Assembly (NCBI GenBank): GCA_963808625.1
Contig: CAWEHK010000029.1
Location: 128,001-192,000, forward strand
Direction of reading: 5' to 3'
Origin: an uncultured delta proteobacterium
Lineage (GTDB): Bacteria; Desulfobacterota; Syntrophobacteria; Syntrophobacterales; Syntrophobacteraceae
DNA: 64,000 nt
The notes under the pieces were generated by a model. The model searched no databases. It was not told the DNA's origin and was given only the letters and a program-made list of their open reading frames with translations. Of this stretch, positions 44,295 to 55,245 are shown one piece after another. The position numbers were made by a program, and so were the translations under genes. Positions within the stretch are counted from its first letter, which is position 1. The number at the start of each line of letters is the position of its first letter.

Positions 44295-46806
44295 TTAATT
44301 GTTTGAAGGCCCGCTCTGCCCTGGTTCGCCCGTCTGACCCCCTTTCGCCGGCTTCTGTGGCTTGACGTGAGGACCTTGATCCCCCGCTTGCCCAGGCGGT
44401 CTGACCTGGGGCGGCCGCAAGTCCGGTTGAGGGGCGGTCGGTCGCACCCGTGGGGTGTCATTAAGCGATGGCCTCGCCTGTCCTGCGGCGCCGGGTTGCA
44501 TGCCCCCCTCGGGTCGCGAAGGCTTCACGCGCTGCCCTTGATCGCCCGGTTGTGCCGGCAGTCCGACCTGGGGCGGCCGCACGTCCGGTTGGGGGGCGGT
44601 CGGTCGCACCCTCGGCGTGTCATTGAGCGATGGTCTTGCCTGTCCCGCGGCGCCGGGTTGTATGCCCCCCTCGGGTCGCGAAGGCTTCACGCGCTGCCCT
44701 TGATCGCCCGGTTGTGCCGGCAGTCCGACCTGGGGCGGCCGCCCGTCCGGTTGGGGGGCGGTCGGTCGCACCCGTGGCGTGTCATTGAGCGAAGGTCTTG
44801 CCTGTCCCGCGGCGCCGGGTTGCATGCCCCCCTCGGGTCGCGAAGGCTTCACGCGCTGCCCTTGATCCCCCGGTTGTGCCGGCAGTCCGACCTGGGGCGG
44901 CCGCACGTCCTGATATGGTGCGGGTGGCCTGACCCTCCGTGGATCACGGTCACCGGGTCTTACCTGACCAGGTTCAGCCGGCTGCACCTCACCACCGACC
45001 GCCGGCGGCCTCTCTCCCTGGCCATCCTGGCCCAATAGTGGAGAAGGTCCGGTTCCCGGCGCTCGGCATTTCCCGGCCAGGTTTCACGGGCCTTGGCTTC
45101 GTTCCTTCACCGGTTAGCGTTCGGTCTCGATCCGGTTCGCCAGGCCGAGCTTCCGGGCGGACCCTGTCGGGTTGGCCCTCAAATTCTTGACTTGGCCCGG
45201 TTGCAATCGCTGATGGAGGTTTGGACCTCCCCTTCAATTCCCGTTGCTGGAGCTGCAGTTCGGTCTGCGGCCTGCTTGCTTCGCTTCCTCTGACGAGTTT
45301 GTCGGTTACTTTTGGCGCTTCTATCTTTACATCCTGCACCGGTTTCGCATACCTAATGGCGGCCACATCCCGCTGGATGAGGTTGGCGTTGAGGCCTCCT
45401 GCTTCTCTTGCAAGCCGCTCATTGTGGGCAATTCTGCTCAGGACGACATCATGGGGCTTATGTTCCGCTCTCATGTCGGTGAAATCGTATCTCTCGCGGA
45501 TATGGTCGTAATTGTGAATAACTTTGTCGTTGATGACCGGAGCAGCACGGTAGTTCTTGATGATGGTATTCCTGTTGATATTGGCAATCCTCAGGTTCTG
45601 GTAGTTGTTCACATTGTAGAAGTTGTTTTGGTTAATCACTACCGCATGGTTAACATATTGATATTGATTGATATTGATGTTAATGACGTTAATGTTGTTG
45701 ACAACCATGGTCCTTGGTCCCCACCAATGGCGGCAGTAATAGGGTTCGGTGGGGCCCAGAGGAATCCAGCCAATATGGGGACCCGAGTAAATCCAACCCA
45801 CTCTTCCCGGATACCACCCGAACGGAATGGCAAGAAACGGACCGAAACTCACGCCGACATTCACCACCGGCGGGGCCCAGTACCAGCAATTGGCGCTGCT
45901 CACGAACACCCAGTTGCCATAATGGTGGGTTACATAACCGAAAGGTTCATAGGGAATCCAGCAGTTGTCCCCGTAATAAACCGTCCATCTCCCCACCGTG
46001 AAGGGCGCCCAGCCGACCGAGACATTGATCGGGCGCCAAAAGTAACGGTAATTCCCTTCGTAATAAACGCGTTCCCATCGGCCATGTTCATCGAGCGCAT
46101 AGGACTCATCGTGCAGGGCGGGAGGGAGGTAGCGCACCGAGTCTCCCTGGACTTGCGTCCGCTGTGACCAGATCCGGTCCCGTTCCACATTCCAGTCATC
46201 CCAGTCCGCGTCGACATTTCCTTGCCCGGAGGTCACCTGGCGGCCGTCAGAAACAACCGAAGAGGAGCCCGCGATCACGTCATACCGGTTTTGGTCAAGA
46301 TTGGGGATGAAATCGACCTTTCCTTTGAGGGAAATCACCTCCAGAGACTGATCACCCACATATAAATCGAATATGGTTCCTGCCGGCGCCACGACATACC
46401 CGAAAGGGCTGGTCGCCTTGATCACACCGCTGGTGCTCCGGTTGTACAGCCTTGCCATGCCGGAGGCGACGTCGACCTCGGTTACCTCCAACTGAAGCGT
46501 GATAAGCTGGATCTGGGTGTTGCCCCCGATCCTGGCCCGGGTGCCATTGGGCATGACCAATTCCGCTTTGGCCTTTGCCTCTGAATAAAGGGAGTCATCC
46601 AGGCCAAAGGGGGCATCCCTGACCGTGGCCACCCAGTCCTTCGCTTCCGGCACATACCGCAGCAATTGGCCTTCGATATGCGCAATACGCCCGACCAGGA
46701 CCCCTTCTCCGGATGCTCCGGGGTCGCGGGCCTGAGCCCAGCCGAACGAGGTCATCAAAAGCATTACAATGAACCCTGGAAGGAGGCACTTCCTGATCTT
46801 TCCCAT
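44295..46806 (-). CDS. Exported FecR-like/DUF6600-type protein with a Pro-rich repeat tail; frameshift near 45035
   Basis: Signal peptide; L..HG.W, W.P...GW.PF..GRW, PFGY...HYGNW and GWIPLGP.E motifs; Asn/Ile-rich linker. Confidence 0.75.
44375..44910. repeat. 162-bp (54-aa) coding tandem repeat, three full copies plus partial
   Basis: gtccgacctggggcggccgc recurs at 44561, 44723 and 44885. Confidence 0.95.
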
Positions 46807-46937
46807 CTTGGTTCTCCCGTTTCGGAAAAATATTTCAGACCTTGATCACACGACCGTAGAAATTGGTCTGAAGCCATTGCGCCGGACTGCTCCGGGTGTG
46901 AACCGCAATTTGTATTATGGCTCCGCAGAGCACCTAA

Positions 46938-46954
46938 AGCAATATGCGTTCCAG
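46938..46954 (-). promoter_or_regulatory. Putative sigma54 promoter
   Basis: Minus strand CTGGAACGCATATTGCT (GG-N10-GC), about 130 nt upstream of 46806. Confidence 0.55.
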
Positions 46955-47065
46955 CCTGCTATGTTGTTGAAATACAGTTCTTTTCAAGAGACGGCAAGGG
47001 ACGATGGGAAATTTGTCGGGCGTCCCGGTTACGAATTGTGCACGTCCTGTTACCTAATTTTGCCC

Positions 47066-47115
47066 AAAAGAAAACCCGACTCTTGCCGGCATGCTGACCG
47101 GCAAGGGTCGGGTTC
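47066..47115 (-). terminator. Rho-independent terminator
   Basis: aacccgactcttgccgg / ccggcaagggtcgggtt stem with an A-rich run on the + strand. Confidence 0.65.
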
Positions 47116-47153
47116 GATGCGGGAGGCTTGCTGCCGTCGTTTGATGCTGACGG

Positions 47154-47975
47154 CTAGAAAGCGGCGGCGATGCGCACCCCACCAAAGACGTGGTTGGCCT
47201 GCGTATCCCAGGAGACGAGCGTGATCACTTCGTTAGCCTTGTGACTTAGCGGAAAAGCGAAACCAATCCTGGGGGAGACGGTGATAAATTTCCAAACCGG
47301 GATGTTCAGAGCAGCAAAGATCTGCCCGGAGAGAAACCCGGAAAAAGCTTGATCGGGATTGCTCGGGTCAGGGTAAGCGGTGTTATCATCTGAGTTCTGG
47401 TAGACAAAGGTCATCCCCAAATCGGTGCTCATGTCGTACCAGGGCAGCTTGAAGTTCCGTGAAGCGTCAAATTGAACCCACCAGCCGGGATAATGGGACA
47501 CTTCGCGGTAGCCTGTGACCGCGAAGGTTAGCCAGGGAAACGCATAGGAAAGCCCGCCGAAGATTTCAAAGGAATCATCGGTGCTGTCCAGGGCGTAGTA
47601 GATCCCGCCAACCGTCCCGCTCAATTCTCCGTAGATCTGGTGAGAATAGGAAAAGGTCAAGTCCGTCTCATTCCATGTGGCGCCACTGTATGGAGGCGGG
47701 TTCCCGGGAGGGTGGGCATTCGTGTCAAAATTCCCCCAGAGATTGAGGGAAAAACCCTTATAGCCGGCGGTCATCGATGGCTGGATGACCACGCTGTCTT
47801 TGCTGAGGGCATAACCTCGCCAAACGTACTTGCTGAGCACGTCGGTGTAAAGACTGGCGGTCGGCTTGTCCTCTTCTCCTTCGGCCAGGGCGGAGGCGCT
47901 GGAAATCATTACCAGCGATAGTGCAGCCAAAACACCAATGAATAGTTTCGTTCTCCTGAAAAGCAACGCTCTCAT
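47154..47975 (-). CDS. Outer-membrane beta-barrel protein (TIGR02001-like)
   Basis: Signal peptide, SKYVWRG...VIQPS, ETD..FSY and terminal Phe. Confidence 0.75.
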   Translation of the reverse strand: MRALLFRRTKLFIGVLAALSLVMISSASALAEGEEDKPTASLYTDVLSKYVWRGYALSKDSVVIQPSMTAGYKGFSLNLWGNFDTNAHPPGNPPPYSGATWNETDLTFSYSHQIYGELSGTVGGIYYALDSTDDSFEIFGGLSYAFPWLTFAVTGYREVSHYPGWWVQFDASRNFKLPWYDMSTDLGMTFVYQNSDDNTAYPDPSNPDQAFSGFLSGQIFAALNIPVWKFITVSPRIGFAFPLSHKANEVITLVSWDTQANHVFGGVRIAAAF

Positions 47976-48146
47976 GTCGATAGCCCCTTTTTATTGTGTC
48001 AGTCGGTCCCGTCATGCGGGATCAGTAGGCGGAGATCAGAAAACAATGTCGATCATCGCTTTCCGCTGTGTTCTGCCCGATATTCCTGTTGCTGCACCGG
48101 TTCCATCACCTCCTCGTCAGCTAAACTCTTTCCGCCCATGAATGAT

Positions 48147-48163
48147 GGCAGGAAGCGTGCCAA
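48147..48163 (-). promoter_or_regulatory. Putative sigma54 promoter
   Basis: Minus strand TTGGCACGCTTCCTGCC (GG-N10-GC) upstream of the OMP gene. Confidence 0.6.
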
Positions 48164-48357
48164 GCGGCGGCTCGCCCGTAAACGAATGCGGGGAAGGAGG
48201 CTATCTTCTCGACATCGTGATAATTTTCAATCTATAATGAGCTTGCGTGCGGACTTGAAAAGAGTTGAGATATGTAACAAATTTGTTTATTATTTGCTGA
48301 AATGCCGACTTGTTCCAACAAATGTGAAACGCGGAAACCATTTTTTTCAGGGAGAGT

Positions 48358-48759
48358 ATGGTGGACGAAAACGTCTTGGAAGAAAAACTGGCAGAGGCAT
48401 TGCTTGCGGAATGGCAGGTCATCCCCACGGGCAGCGGTTTTTTGGTGACAACAGGCTGGCGCTGGCCTAATGACGAAAAAATTGAAATATATGTCAGGAG
48501 CGTTGCTGAGCGGGATGACCTCTATCTGGTAACCGATGGGGGCGAGCTGTTCAATTTCCTCTTCGCCCGAGGCGTCGATCTGCGCCAGGATGATCGCAAC
48601 ATGGAAATGTTAGAAAACATTGCCGCACGGTCCGGCGCCAAAATCGTCGACTACCAGATCGTCCAGGGGGCAAACAACGAGGACCTTCCCCGGAGCATCC
48701 TGCTGCTTCTGGAGGCTGTAAAAGAGGGTGCCTTCCTATTCTGGCAACGGCTCGTCTAA
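48358..48759 (+). CDS. DUF1828-like hypothetical protein
   Basis: T.W..PND.KIEIYV......LVTDGGE pattern; GGGAG RBS. Confidence 0.65.
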   Translation: MVDENVLEEKLAEALLAEWQVIPTGSGFLVTTGWRWPNDEKIEIYVRSVAERDDLYLVTDGGELFNFLFARGVDLRQDDRNMEMLENIAARSGAKIVDYQIVQGANNEDLPRSILLLLEAVKEGAFLFWQRLV

Positions 48760-49205
48760 GAGGTCTGTCTGAAAATCATTTTACCAAAAACCGAAGGATG
48801 TCTCACCAAAAAAGCATGAGGAAGGGGAAGTGATCGCTCGTTGCCAAGTCAGCTTGGGAATGCAGGCAAAAGCTTCACGCCTTTCCATGTGTTGCGTTTC
48901 GAAAGCTCAACGCAACCTACGCTAGATCGTGGTGGGCGGATGCTTAGCCGGAGCCCTGGTGACACAGCTAGGGCGTAATTTTCGGGCATGTTTCCGAGTG
49001 TGTCAAAAAGACCTGCCCACTCCTACCGAACCTGGGGACACTGTGGGGTGGGCACAGCAGGACACCTGGATGCCCGCTCAGAGCATGCGGATACTCAATT
49101 GCAAGCGCCATGTGGCAACCACCTCATCGGCGTTTTTAGCCTCGGGAATGCACATCCGAGAACTGTCCCCAAAGCAGCATGAGGAACTAAGTGACCAGTC
49201 GCCAG

Positions 49206-49230
49206 CCACTGACCACTGCCACTAGCCACT
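49206..49230. repeat. Heptamer array, family F3 (CCACTGA/CCACTAG), overlapping the gltX stop
   Basis: ccactgaccactgccactagccact. Confidence 0.7.
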
Positions 49231-50619
49231 CATATACGCTACAGCCTTCCGCAGTCGCCCCAGCACGGCTTCCTTCCCGAGGACGTCAATGATTTCAAAA
49301 AGGCCAGGACTGACGGTCGTTCCGGTCAGGGCGACCCTGACGGGTTGGGCAACCTTGCCGAGTTTCAGGTCCGCTTCCGCACACACCCCCTGAAAGGCGC
49401 TCTCAAGATTTACTTCATTGAAGACTTCCAGACCCTCCAGGGAAGCAATCAATTTCGTGAAGGGTCCAACCAGGTTCGGGGTCAGAAACTTCTTTGCGGC
49501 AGCCGGGTCGTAGGCGATTTCCGGCACCATGTAGAACGCCATGGCGTCGGCCATCTCCACGAGATCATGGGTGCGCGGCTGCAGCGTTCGGATGGCTTTC
49601 GCAAGGTAATCGGCAGGTTTTTGGAGGTATCCGCGCGCCGCCAGAAAGGGTTCGAGCAAGGGCACGAGGGATTCGGCGCTCCGCGCTCTGAGGTAATGAG
49701 CATTGAGCCAGAGAAATTTTTCCGGATCGAAGACACTCGGAGATTTCCCGACATTTTCCAGGCTGAATTGTTGAATGAGCTCTTCGCGGCTGAAGATTTC
49801 CTGGTCGCCGTGGGACCATCCGAGGCGAACGAGGTAATTGATCAGGGCTTCGGGCAGGTATCCCATGTCCTTGTAGGCCATCACGGAGGTGGCGCCGTGG
49901 CGCTTGGAGAGCTTTGCCCGGTCCTGGCCGAGGATCATGGGGACGTGGGCGAAGCTCGGCAGAGGCACCTCGAGTGCCTGGTAGATGAGCATCTGGCGCG
50001 GCGTGTTGGGGACGTGGTCGTCACCCCGGATCACGTGGGTGATGTTCATGGTGATGTCGTCGATGACCACGGCAAAATTATAGGTGGGGATGCCGTCACT
50101 GCGTTCGAGCACGAGGTCATCCAGTTCGGCATTGTCGAACTGGATCGGCCCCTTGATGAGATCGTTCAGCACGGTGGTGCCCACCTGGGGACAGCGAAAA
50201 CGGATTACCCGGTTGGGGCCAGGCCCCAGTCCGCGGTCCCGGCAGCGACCGTCATACTTGGGTTTGCGGCCTTCGGCAAGGGCTGCCCGGCGCCGCTCTT
50301 CCAGAGCTTCCGGCGTGCACTCGCAGTAGTAGGCATGGCCTCTTTGCAGGAGCTTGCCCAGGTATTCGCGGTAGACTTCGAGACGCTGCGTTTGAAAATA
50401 GGGGCCCTCGTCCCATTCCAGGCCCAGCCATTCCATGGCATCGAGGATGGCCTTGATGGCGTCTTCCGTGGATCGGACGACATCCGTGTCTTCAATCCGC
50501 AGGATGAATTTGCCACCGTGGTGCCGCGTGAACAGCCAGTTGAAGAGAGCCGTGCGGGCGCCGCCGATATGGAGGAAGCCGGTGGGGCTTGGAGGAAAGC
50601 GCGTGATAATCGGTTGCAT
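49222..50619 (-). CDS. gltX: Glutamate--tRNA ligase
   Basis: RFPPSPTG.LHIGG, LRIEDTD, IRGDDH and KLSKRHG. Confidence 0.98.
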   Translation of the reverse strand: MQPIITRFPPSPTGFLHIGGARTALFNWLFTRHHGGKFILRIEDTDVVRSTEDAIKAILDAMEWLGLEWDEGPYFQTQRLEVYREYLGKLLQRGHAYYCECTPEALEERRRAALAEGRKPKYDGRCRDRGLGPGPNRVIRFRCPQVGTTVLNDLIKGPIQFDNAELDDLVLERSDGIPTYNFAVVIDDITMNITHVIRGDDHVPNTPRQMLIYQALEVPLPSFAHVPMILGQDRAKLSKRHGATSVMAYKDMGYLPEALINYLVRLGWSHGDQEIFSREELIQQFSLENVGKSPSVFDPEKFLWLNAHYLRARSAESLVPLLEPFLAARGYLQKPADYLAKAIRTLQPRTHDLVEMADAMAFYMVPEIAYDPAAAKKFLTPNLVGPFTKLIASLEGLEVFNEVNLESAFQGVCAEADLKLGKVAQPVRVALTGTTVSPGLFEIIDVLGKEAVLGRLRKAVAYMSG

Positions 50620-50834
50620 GAATTCTTGAGCTCCTTTTTTGATCATTTCGAAATGATGAGCAACGGGTTTTACGCATAACACAGTCGCCAGGCGAACTCA
50701 AGAAAGAGGGCATCCCTGTCTCTTCAATGCCTGGTGGTGACTGTCCGGACCTGGAAGGATCCCCCGGGAGAAAATATCTCCGCATAAAACTCCTAACTTG
50801 CCCAATTTCCCATCATCTGGCAGTATGAAGAAAA

Positions 50835-50860
50835 AGTGCTGAGTGCTGAGTGCTGAGTGC
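50835..50860. repeat. Heptamer array, family F2 (AGTGCTG)
   Basis: agtgctgagtgctgagtgctgagtgc. Confidence 0.85.
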
Positions 50861-50994
50861 GGGTGGGGGCGTTGTCGGGATGGGTTCCCCTTGCATGATC
50901 TGATGGTGCGACACAGGGCATGACGTCTGACACGATGCGGGTGGTACGGGACGGTTGAAACGCGGCTGCTATTTTTGGAAGAGGCAAAATCGAG

Positions 50995-51504
50995 ATGATG
51001 AAGAACAAGATTTTTTCCTGCTTTGCGTTGATCGTAATGGTAGCTGCCCTGGGGGGATGCGGTAGAAATCGTCCGGAACTGCCGCCGCCAACGGTTGACC
51101 CGGTTGTTTCGAATATCAAGATCCGAGTCGTGGATGTCTCGAACGATACCCGGGAATTGTATGATGTGGATATGATCGGGATGATGTGGACGGGCCTGGA
51201 GGACTCCCTGAAGAAGCGAGGCATGCTGTGGAAGCCGGAGGATCCCGGTCTGCCGCTGATTCTCGAGGCTCATGTGGTGAAGTACCAGGAGGGGAACGTC
51301 TTCCTTCGTCCGATTTTACCCATGTGGGGAAAGACGGTGCTCACGGCGAAGGGTGACCTGAAAAGAGAGGGCCAGGTCGTCGCCTCGGCGGAAGCCAACC
51401 GGTCGATTACCCTTGGGAATGAAACCTTTACTCTCCATGCGTGGCGGAAAATTTTTGCAGGCGTTGCCGAAGATATGGTCAACCAGCTCACGCGGGGATT
51501 GTAA
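50995..51504 (+). CDS. Lipoprotein (DUF4410-like)
   Basis: Lipobox LGGC; VVKYQEGN...R motif. Confidence 0.7.
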   Translation: MMKNKIFSCFALIVMVAALGGCGRNRPELPPPTVDPVVSNIKIRVVDVSNDTRELYDVDMIGMMWTGLEDSLKKRGMLWKPEDPGLPLILEAHVVKYQEGNVFLRPILPMWGKTVLTAKGDLKREGQVVASAEANRSITLGNETFTLHAWRKIFAGVAEDMVNQLTRGL

Positions 51505-51537
51505 TCCGCACGAGATAAGGCCTCTTTTTTCCAGTCC

Positions 51538-51603
51538 AACTATCACCCATCAACCATCAACCATCAACTCATCAACCATCAACCATCAACCATCAACCAT
51601 CAA
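51538..51603. repeat. Heptamer array, family F4 (AACCATC)
   Basis: About 8-9 imperfect copies of aaccatc. Confidence 0.9.
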
Positions 51604-51753
51604 ATCACCAGTGAGACAAGGCGTCTCTTTTCCAGGACGGGTTGAGCGGGAAATGCCCGTTCCAGAAAAGGCTTGACTTTTCTCGGCTCATTTATTAGAT
51701 AAAGGCTCCCGCTTGGAAATAAAGGGTTGCCTGCCCCGGGGTTGGGGTGAGAA

Positions 51754-51829
51754 GGGCGGATAGCTCAGCCGGGAGAGCATCGGCCTTACAAGCCGGGGGT
51801 CACAGGTTCGAACCCTGTTCCGCCCACCA
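51754..51829 (+). tRNA. tRNA-Val(TAC)
   Basis: GGGCGGA acceptor, TAGCTCAG D-arm, CT-TAC-AA loop, GGTTCGAA and CCA. Confidence 0.97.
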
Positions 51830-51842
51830 AGGAATACAGTTC

Positions 51843-51919
<77 letters not shown>

Positions 51920-51926
51920 GTTAAAG

Positions 51927-51960
51927 AAAAGGAGCTGACCTCAGTGGTTGGCTCCTTTTT
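51927..51960 (+). terminator. Terminator after the tRNA pair (possibly bidirectional)
   Basis: aaaaggagctgacc-tcagt-ggttggctccttttt. Confidence 0.8.
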
Positions 51961-51990
51961 CGTTTATGGGAGACAAGTGTTTGGGTTTCA

Positions 51991-52194
51991 TCATTCCTCC
52001 GTCTCGGGAATCACTCGGACCTCCTTCGATGGCTGGGTGAGATCGAATGTCCACCAATAAGTCCCATCGATTTGATCCGCAGTGACTCTCCCCGACGCCA
52101 GGCAGTCGGCAAGCGATATCTGCCGTTCATCGTAGAGATCGCGAGGGTCCATTTCGATCCAGTATCCGGGGTAAACTTCGACTTCGAGTCTCAT
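51991..52194 (-). CDS. Small acidic hypothetical protein
   Basis: 67-aa ORF with AGGAG RBS, converging on the tRNA terminator. Confidence 0.55.
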   Translation of the reverse strand: MRLEVEVYPGYWIEMDPRDLYDERQISLADCLASGRVTADQIDGTYWWTFDLTQPSKEVRVIPETEE

Positions 52195-52423
52195 TTCTTA
52201 TGTGCTCTCCTGATGCCTGGTCCCGCCTGCAAGGGACCTCGGATAGCCGATTTTTCGATTTCCGCCGCCCGGAAGGCGGCAGTTGGCCTTTCGACACCGC
52301 CCACTTTACAGGAAACCAGCGGCCTTGTGAATCCTTGTTGCAGGACAAATTCGTTTTATGGTATCGAAAGGCCCTTGGATCAACCCAGGTTCTTTGCTCT
52401 TACGAAAACAAAGGAGATGAGCT

Positions 52424-52810
52424 TTGAAAGTGTCTTGGAAACCATTTCTTGCGGTCCTGCTTCTGGGAGTAATGCTGTTCCCCGCATTCACTCTTGCCGG
52501 TTCCTACTACAGCAGTGGGTCCATTGACACGGACCTGCAGTTCGAAGACTTCAGGATAGGCAATGACGGGTATTTAACCGGGTTCATCGTCAATTCCTCC
52601 AAGCGCACTCGCCCGGCCGTCAAGCTTGACATATGGACCACCAATACCCAGGAGACCCAGATCTATTGGAGAAAAACCCTGAATCTTGGCGATCTGGCGC
52701 CGGGGGCAAGGGTTCCGGTAAAAGAACCCTATAAAGTCGATCGGGAAGATCCTGAGAAGACCAAATTCATGTTTCGAGTGCCCGCTCCCGCCAACTTCAG
52801 AAACAAATAG
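52424..52810 (+). CDS. Small exported hypothetical protein
   Basis: AAGGAG RBS, TTG start, signal peptide and beta-rich body. Confidence 0.7.
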   Translation: MKVSWKPFLAVLLLGVMLFPAFTLAGSYYSSGSIDTDLQFEDFRIGNDGYLTGFIVNSSKRTRPAVKLDIWTTNTQETQIYWRKTLNLGDLAPGARVPVKEPYKVDREDPEKTKFMFRVPAPANFRNK

Positions 52811-53035
52811 GAGTGGTGCATTTCTGATCGTCAGGCTAGGGTCAAACCCGCCCCATGACAGAGATAAGGGTTATATTCGTCCAGCTGAATTTCAGAAACA
52901 CAGCAGGAGAGGTGCACCGCTGATCATCAGAACCAACTCTCTGCGTTCTCGCGGGTTGCCGTTAGGGATGAAGCTCTTCAGGAGTGGAGATTCTTAACCC
53001 TAACCCTAACAAGTCTAATATCGCACGCCAGATGC

Positions 53036-53848
53036 TCAGCCCAAGAGCTGAATGTATTTTCGGATCGTCGGCAGGTTTCGGATGAATCGGTGAGCAGCCA
53101 GTTCGCTGCGGAGGCGGTCGACAGGATAGCTGATCCGAAACAGGGTGACCGTTCCGGCATCGCGATCATAGAGGACGGTGTTGGCGACGGGGACCCCATC
53201 GCGGTAAGGTCCGCCGATGCTCCCCGCCTTTATCCAATAGCGCGCCGTGGGATCGATTGTTACGCTCAGCATTTGATCGGCCGCCGGCCGATGGATGCGC
53301 ACGTCCTCGATCTGCGGTGACTCGATTTCCCCGGGAAGTTCATATACTGCGGGCACATGATCGTGGCCGCTGAAAATGAGGAGTTTGGGATAATCTTGCC
53401 AGGCTTTCAGACTCGCCGCGAGCGCCGCTTCATCGAGGTAATCGAAGCCGTCGATGGTCGTCGGGGCGCCCGGTTGGGGAAGATGGAAGGGGCTGTGGTG
53501 CACCGCCACAAAATCGTCCTGCTCGAGCATGAGCGGCAGGTTCGACAGGTATTCAAGGGCCCCCGGCAGGGTGCTGAGCCGGCCGGCATTATAAGCGGTG
53601 GCCTGCAGGCGATCCAACTGTTCCGGGTGGTCGGTCAGAAGTCCCGCAACGAGGAGGTCGTGGTTTCCGGCCACCGTTGGAAAGCCAAGGGTGCGCATCC
53701 GCCTCAGGGTGCGGTCACCAAAGGGCAGCCATCCCACGAGGTCTCCCAGGCAGTAAACGGCGTCCGCATCGACTTTGGTCAAATGCCGGAGGCAGGCTTC
53801 CAGCGCGTAGGCATTGCCGTGGATGTCGCCAAAGAAGGAGATGCGCAT
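53036..53848 (-). CDS. Metallophosphoesterase (calcineurin-like)
   Basis: DIHGN, GDLVG, GNHD, GHDH and GSIG motifs. Confidence 0.9.
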   Translation of the reverse strand: MRISFFGDIHGNAYALEACLRHLTKVDADAVYCLGDLVGWLPFGDRTLRRMRTLGFPTVAGNHDLLVAGLLTDHPEQLDRLQATAYNAGRLSTLPGALEYLSNLPLMLEQDDFVAVHHSPFHLPQPGAPTTIDGFDYLDEAALAASLKAWQDYPKLLIFSGHDHVPAVYELPGEIESPQIEDVRIHRPAADQMLSVTIDPTARYWIKAGSIGGPYRDGVPVANTVLYDRDAGTVTLFRISYPVDRLRSELAAHRFIRNLPTIRKYIQLLG

Positions 53849-53856
53849 GGTTTGTC

Positions 53857-54051
53857 CTATTCTTCCACCGTTTCAAAGGTACCATCGTCTTTCTGGATGA
53901 TTTTCATGTTCCGCCCGCTGGGGTCGGTGAATCGTATCGCCCCGCCGTAAGTTCTCGGCCCAACCGGTTCGCGCGTGCTGCGCCGCTTGACCACAAAAAT
54001 GAGCAGAGCCAAAATCGCAATTGCCAATATCGTTGACACCACAAATCCCAT
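53857..54051 (-). CDS. Small single-pass membrane protein
   Basis: GGAGG RBS, hydrophobic N-terminus; ends 8 nt before the phosphoesterase. Confidence 0.6.
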   Translation of the reverse strand: MGFVVSTILAIAILALLIFVVKRRSTREPVGPRTYGGAIRFTDPSGRNMKIIQKDDGTFETVEE

Positions 54052-54163
54052 GGTTATCCTCCAAAGTCATAAAAACAACCGGGTGAAATCCTGCATTCTC
54101 AAACGCGGGCAGGAATGCCCGCGCTCCCAAAATGCAAACCCCCGGGGGCAAAATCTCTCATTT

Positions 54164-54232
54164 AACCAAGAGCCAGGAGCCAAAAGCCAAGAGCCAAGAG
54201 CCAAGAGCCAGGAGCCAGGAGCTAAAAGCCAA
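54164..54232. repeat. Heptamer array, family F1, just after the nudC stop
   Basis: aagagcc/aggagcc/aaaagcc, about 9 units. Confidence 0.9.
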
Positions 54233-54239
54233 AAACGTC

Positions 54240-55244
54240 TCACGATTTCGCCAGAGTCAGATGCTGGTATCCTGGAATGGAATCCAGGAATGTTCTGAGC
54301 GGTGTCAAGCCGGGGGTGTCGTACCAGTCCTCGATCAACCGGAAGGCGATGGAAAAATTCGAAGGGAGGCGGAGCTCACCCGCCTCGAGACGGTCCTGGA
54401 AATCCTTTCGCGAGAACCAGCGGGCATCCTCCAGTTCCTGGTCCATGAGCTGAATGGTTTCGCCACGCGCCACGGCGCTGAAGCCAAGCATGATCGAGCC
54501 TGGAAACGGCCAGGGTTGAGATGAGTGATATTGCACTTCGGCCACCCGGATGCCGGTCTCTTCATGAATTTCGCGAACGACAGCGTCTTCGAGGCTCTCT
54601 CCCGGTTCGACAAATCCGGCAATGGCTGAAAAAAAGCCCTGAGGCCAAACCGACTGGCGCCCTAACAGGCAGCGCTCGCCCGACCGCACCACGGTGATGA
54701 TTGCCGGGTCGGTCCGCGGGAAATGCTGTTCACCGCACTGCGGGTTGGTGCAAACCCGGCGATGGCCGCCATCGACGCTGGCCGTGGGACTGCCGCAGTC
54801 GCCGCAGAACCGATGGCGGCGATGCCAGTGAGTCAGGGCTCGCGCATAAGCGAGCAGCGCCGCCTGGGGAGCCTCGAGCAGGGCCCCGAAGCGTTTTAGA
54901 TCGTGAAACCGACCGAGGCTCGCCAGGCGGTCGGCAGGGGCCGTTGTACCCCGCGGCAAGTCCACTGCAAAATAGGTCTTCGTCGCGTTTCTACCAAGGA
55001 AAACGACGGCTTCAGCCGCTCCCAACAGGTCGCCCACTTGCGCGCGGGAAAGCATCACCGGGCGCGGAGCGGATTCCTCCGCGAAGAGCTGTTTCGAGTC
55101 CCACACCGGGAGGAAGAAGGTGTTGGGGTCCTCGATTTGTTCCGCCAGCCATTGCTCGTCCCGGCGTTTGGGTGTCAGACGATCGACCGGGTTTGCGGCA
55201 TAGTAGTTGCGGGCGGAGCGCCGGTAATGATCCATTGGGACCAT
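54240..55244 (-). CDS. nudC: NAD(+) diphosphatase
   Basis: FCGDCG...C..C zinc finger, FPRTDPA, Nudix box GFVEPGESLEDAVVREIHEETG and SQPWPFP. Confidence 0.95.
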   Translation of the reverse strand: MVPMDHYRRSARNYYAANPVDRLTPKRRDEQWLAEQIEDPNTFFLPVWDSKQLFAEESAPRPVMLSRAQVGDLLGAAEAVVFLGRNATKTYFAVDLPRGTTAPADRLASLGRFHDLKRFGALLEAPQAALLAYARALTHWHRRHRFCGDCGSPTASVDGGHRRVCTNPQCGEQHFPRTDPAIITVVRSGERCLLGRQSVWPQGFFSAIAGFVEPGESLEDAVVREIHEETGIRVAEVQYHSSQPWPFPGSIMLGFSAVARGETIQLMDQELEDARWFSRKDFQDRLEAGELRLPSNFSIAFRLIEDWYDTPGLTPLRTFLDSIPGYQHLTLAKS

Positions 55245-55245
55245 T

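Noticed and set aside
44375..44910. Long direct repeats as a CRISPR array
   Set aside because: Contiguous 162-bp in-frame coding units with no unique spacers and no cas genes.
48760..49200. Possible gene or IS remnant between the DUF1828-like gene and gltX
   Set aside because: Only degenerate REP-like fragments and short ORFs without recognisable motifs.
52995..53010. Telomere-like TAACCC repeats
   Set aside because: Only about 2.5 copies; compatible with chance.
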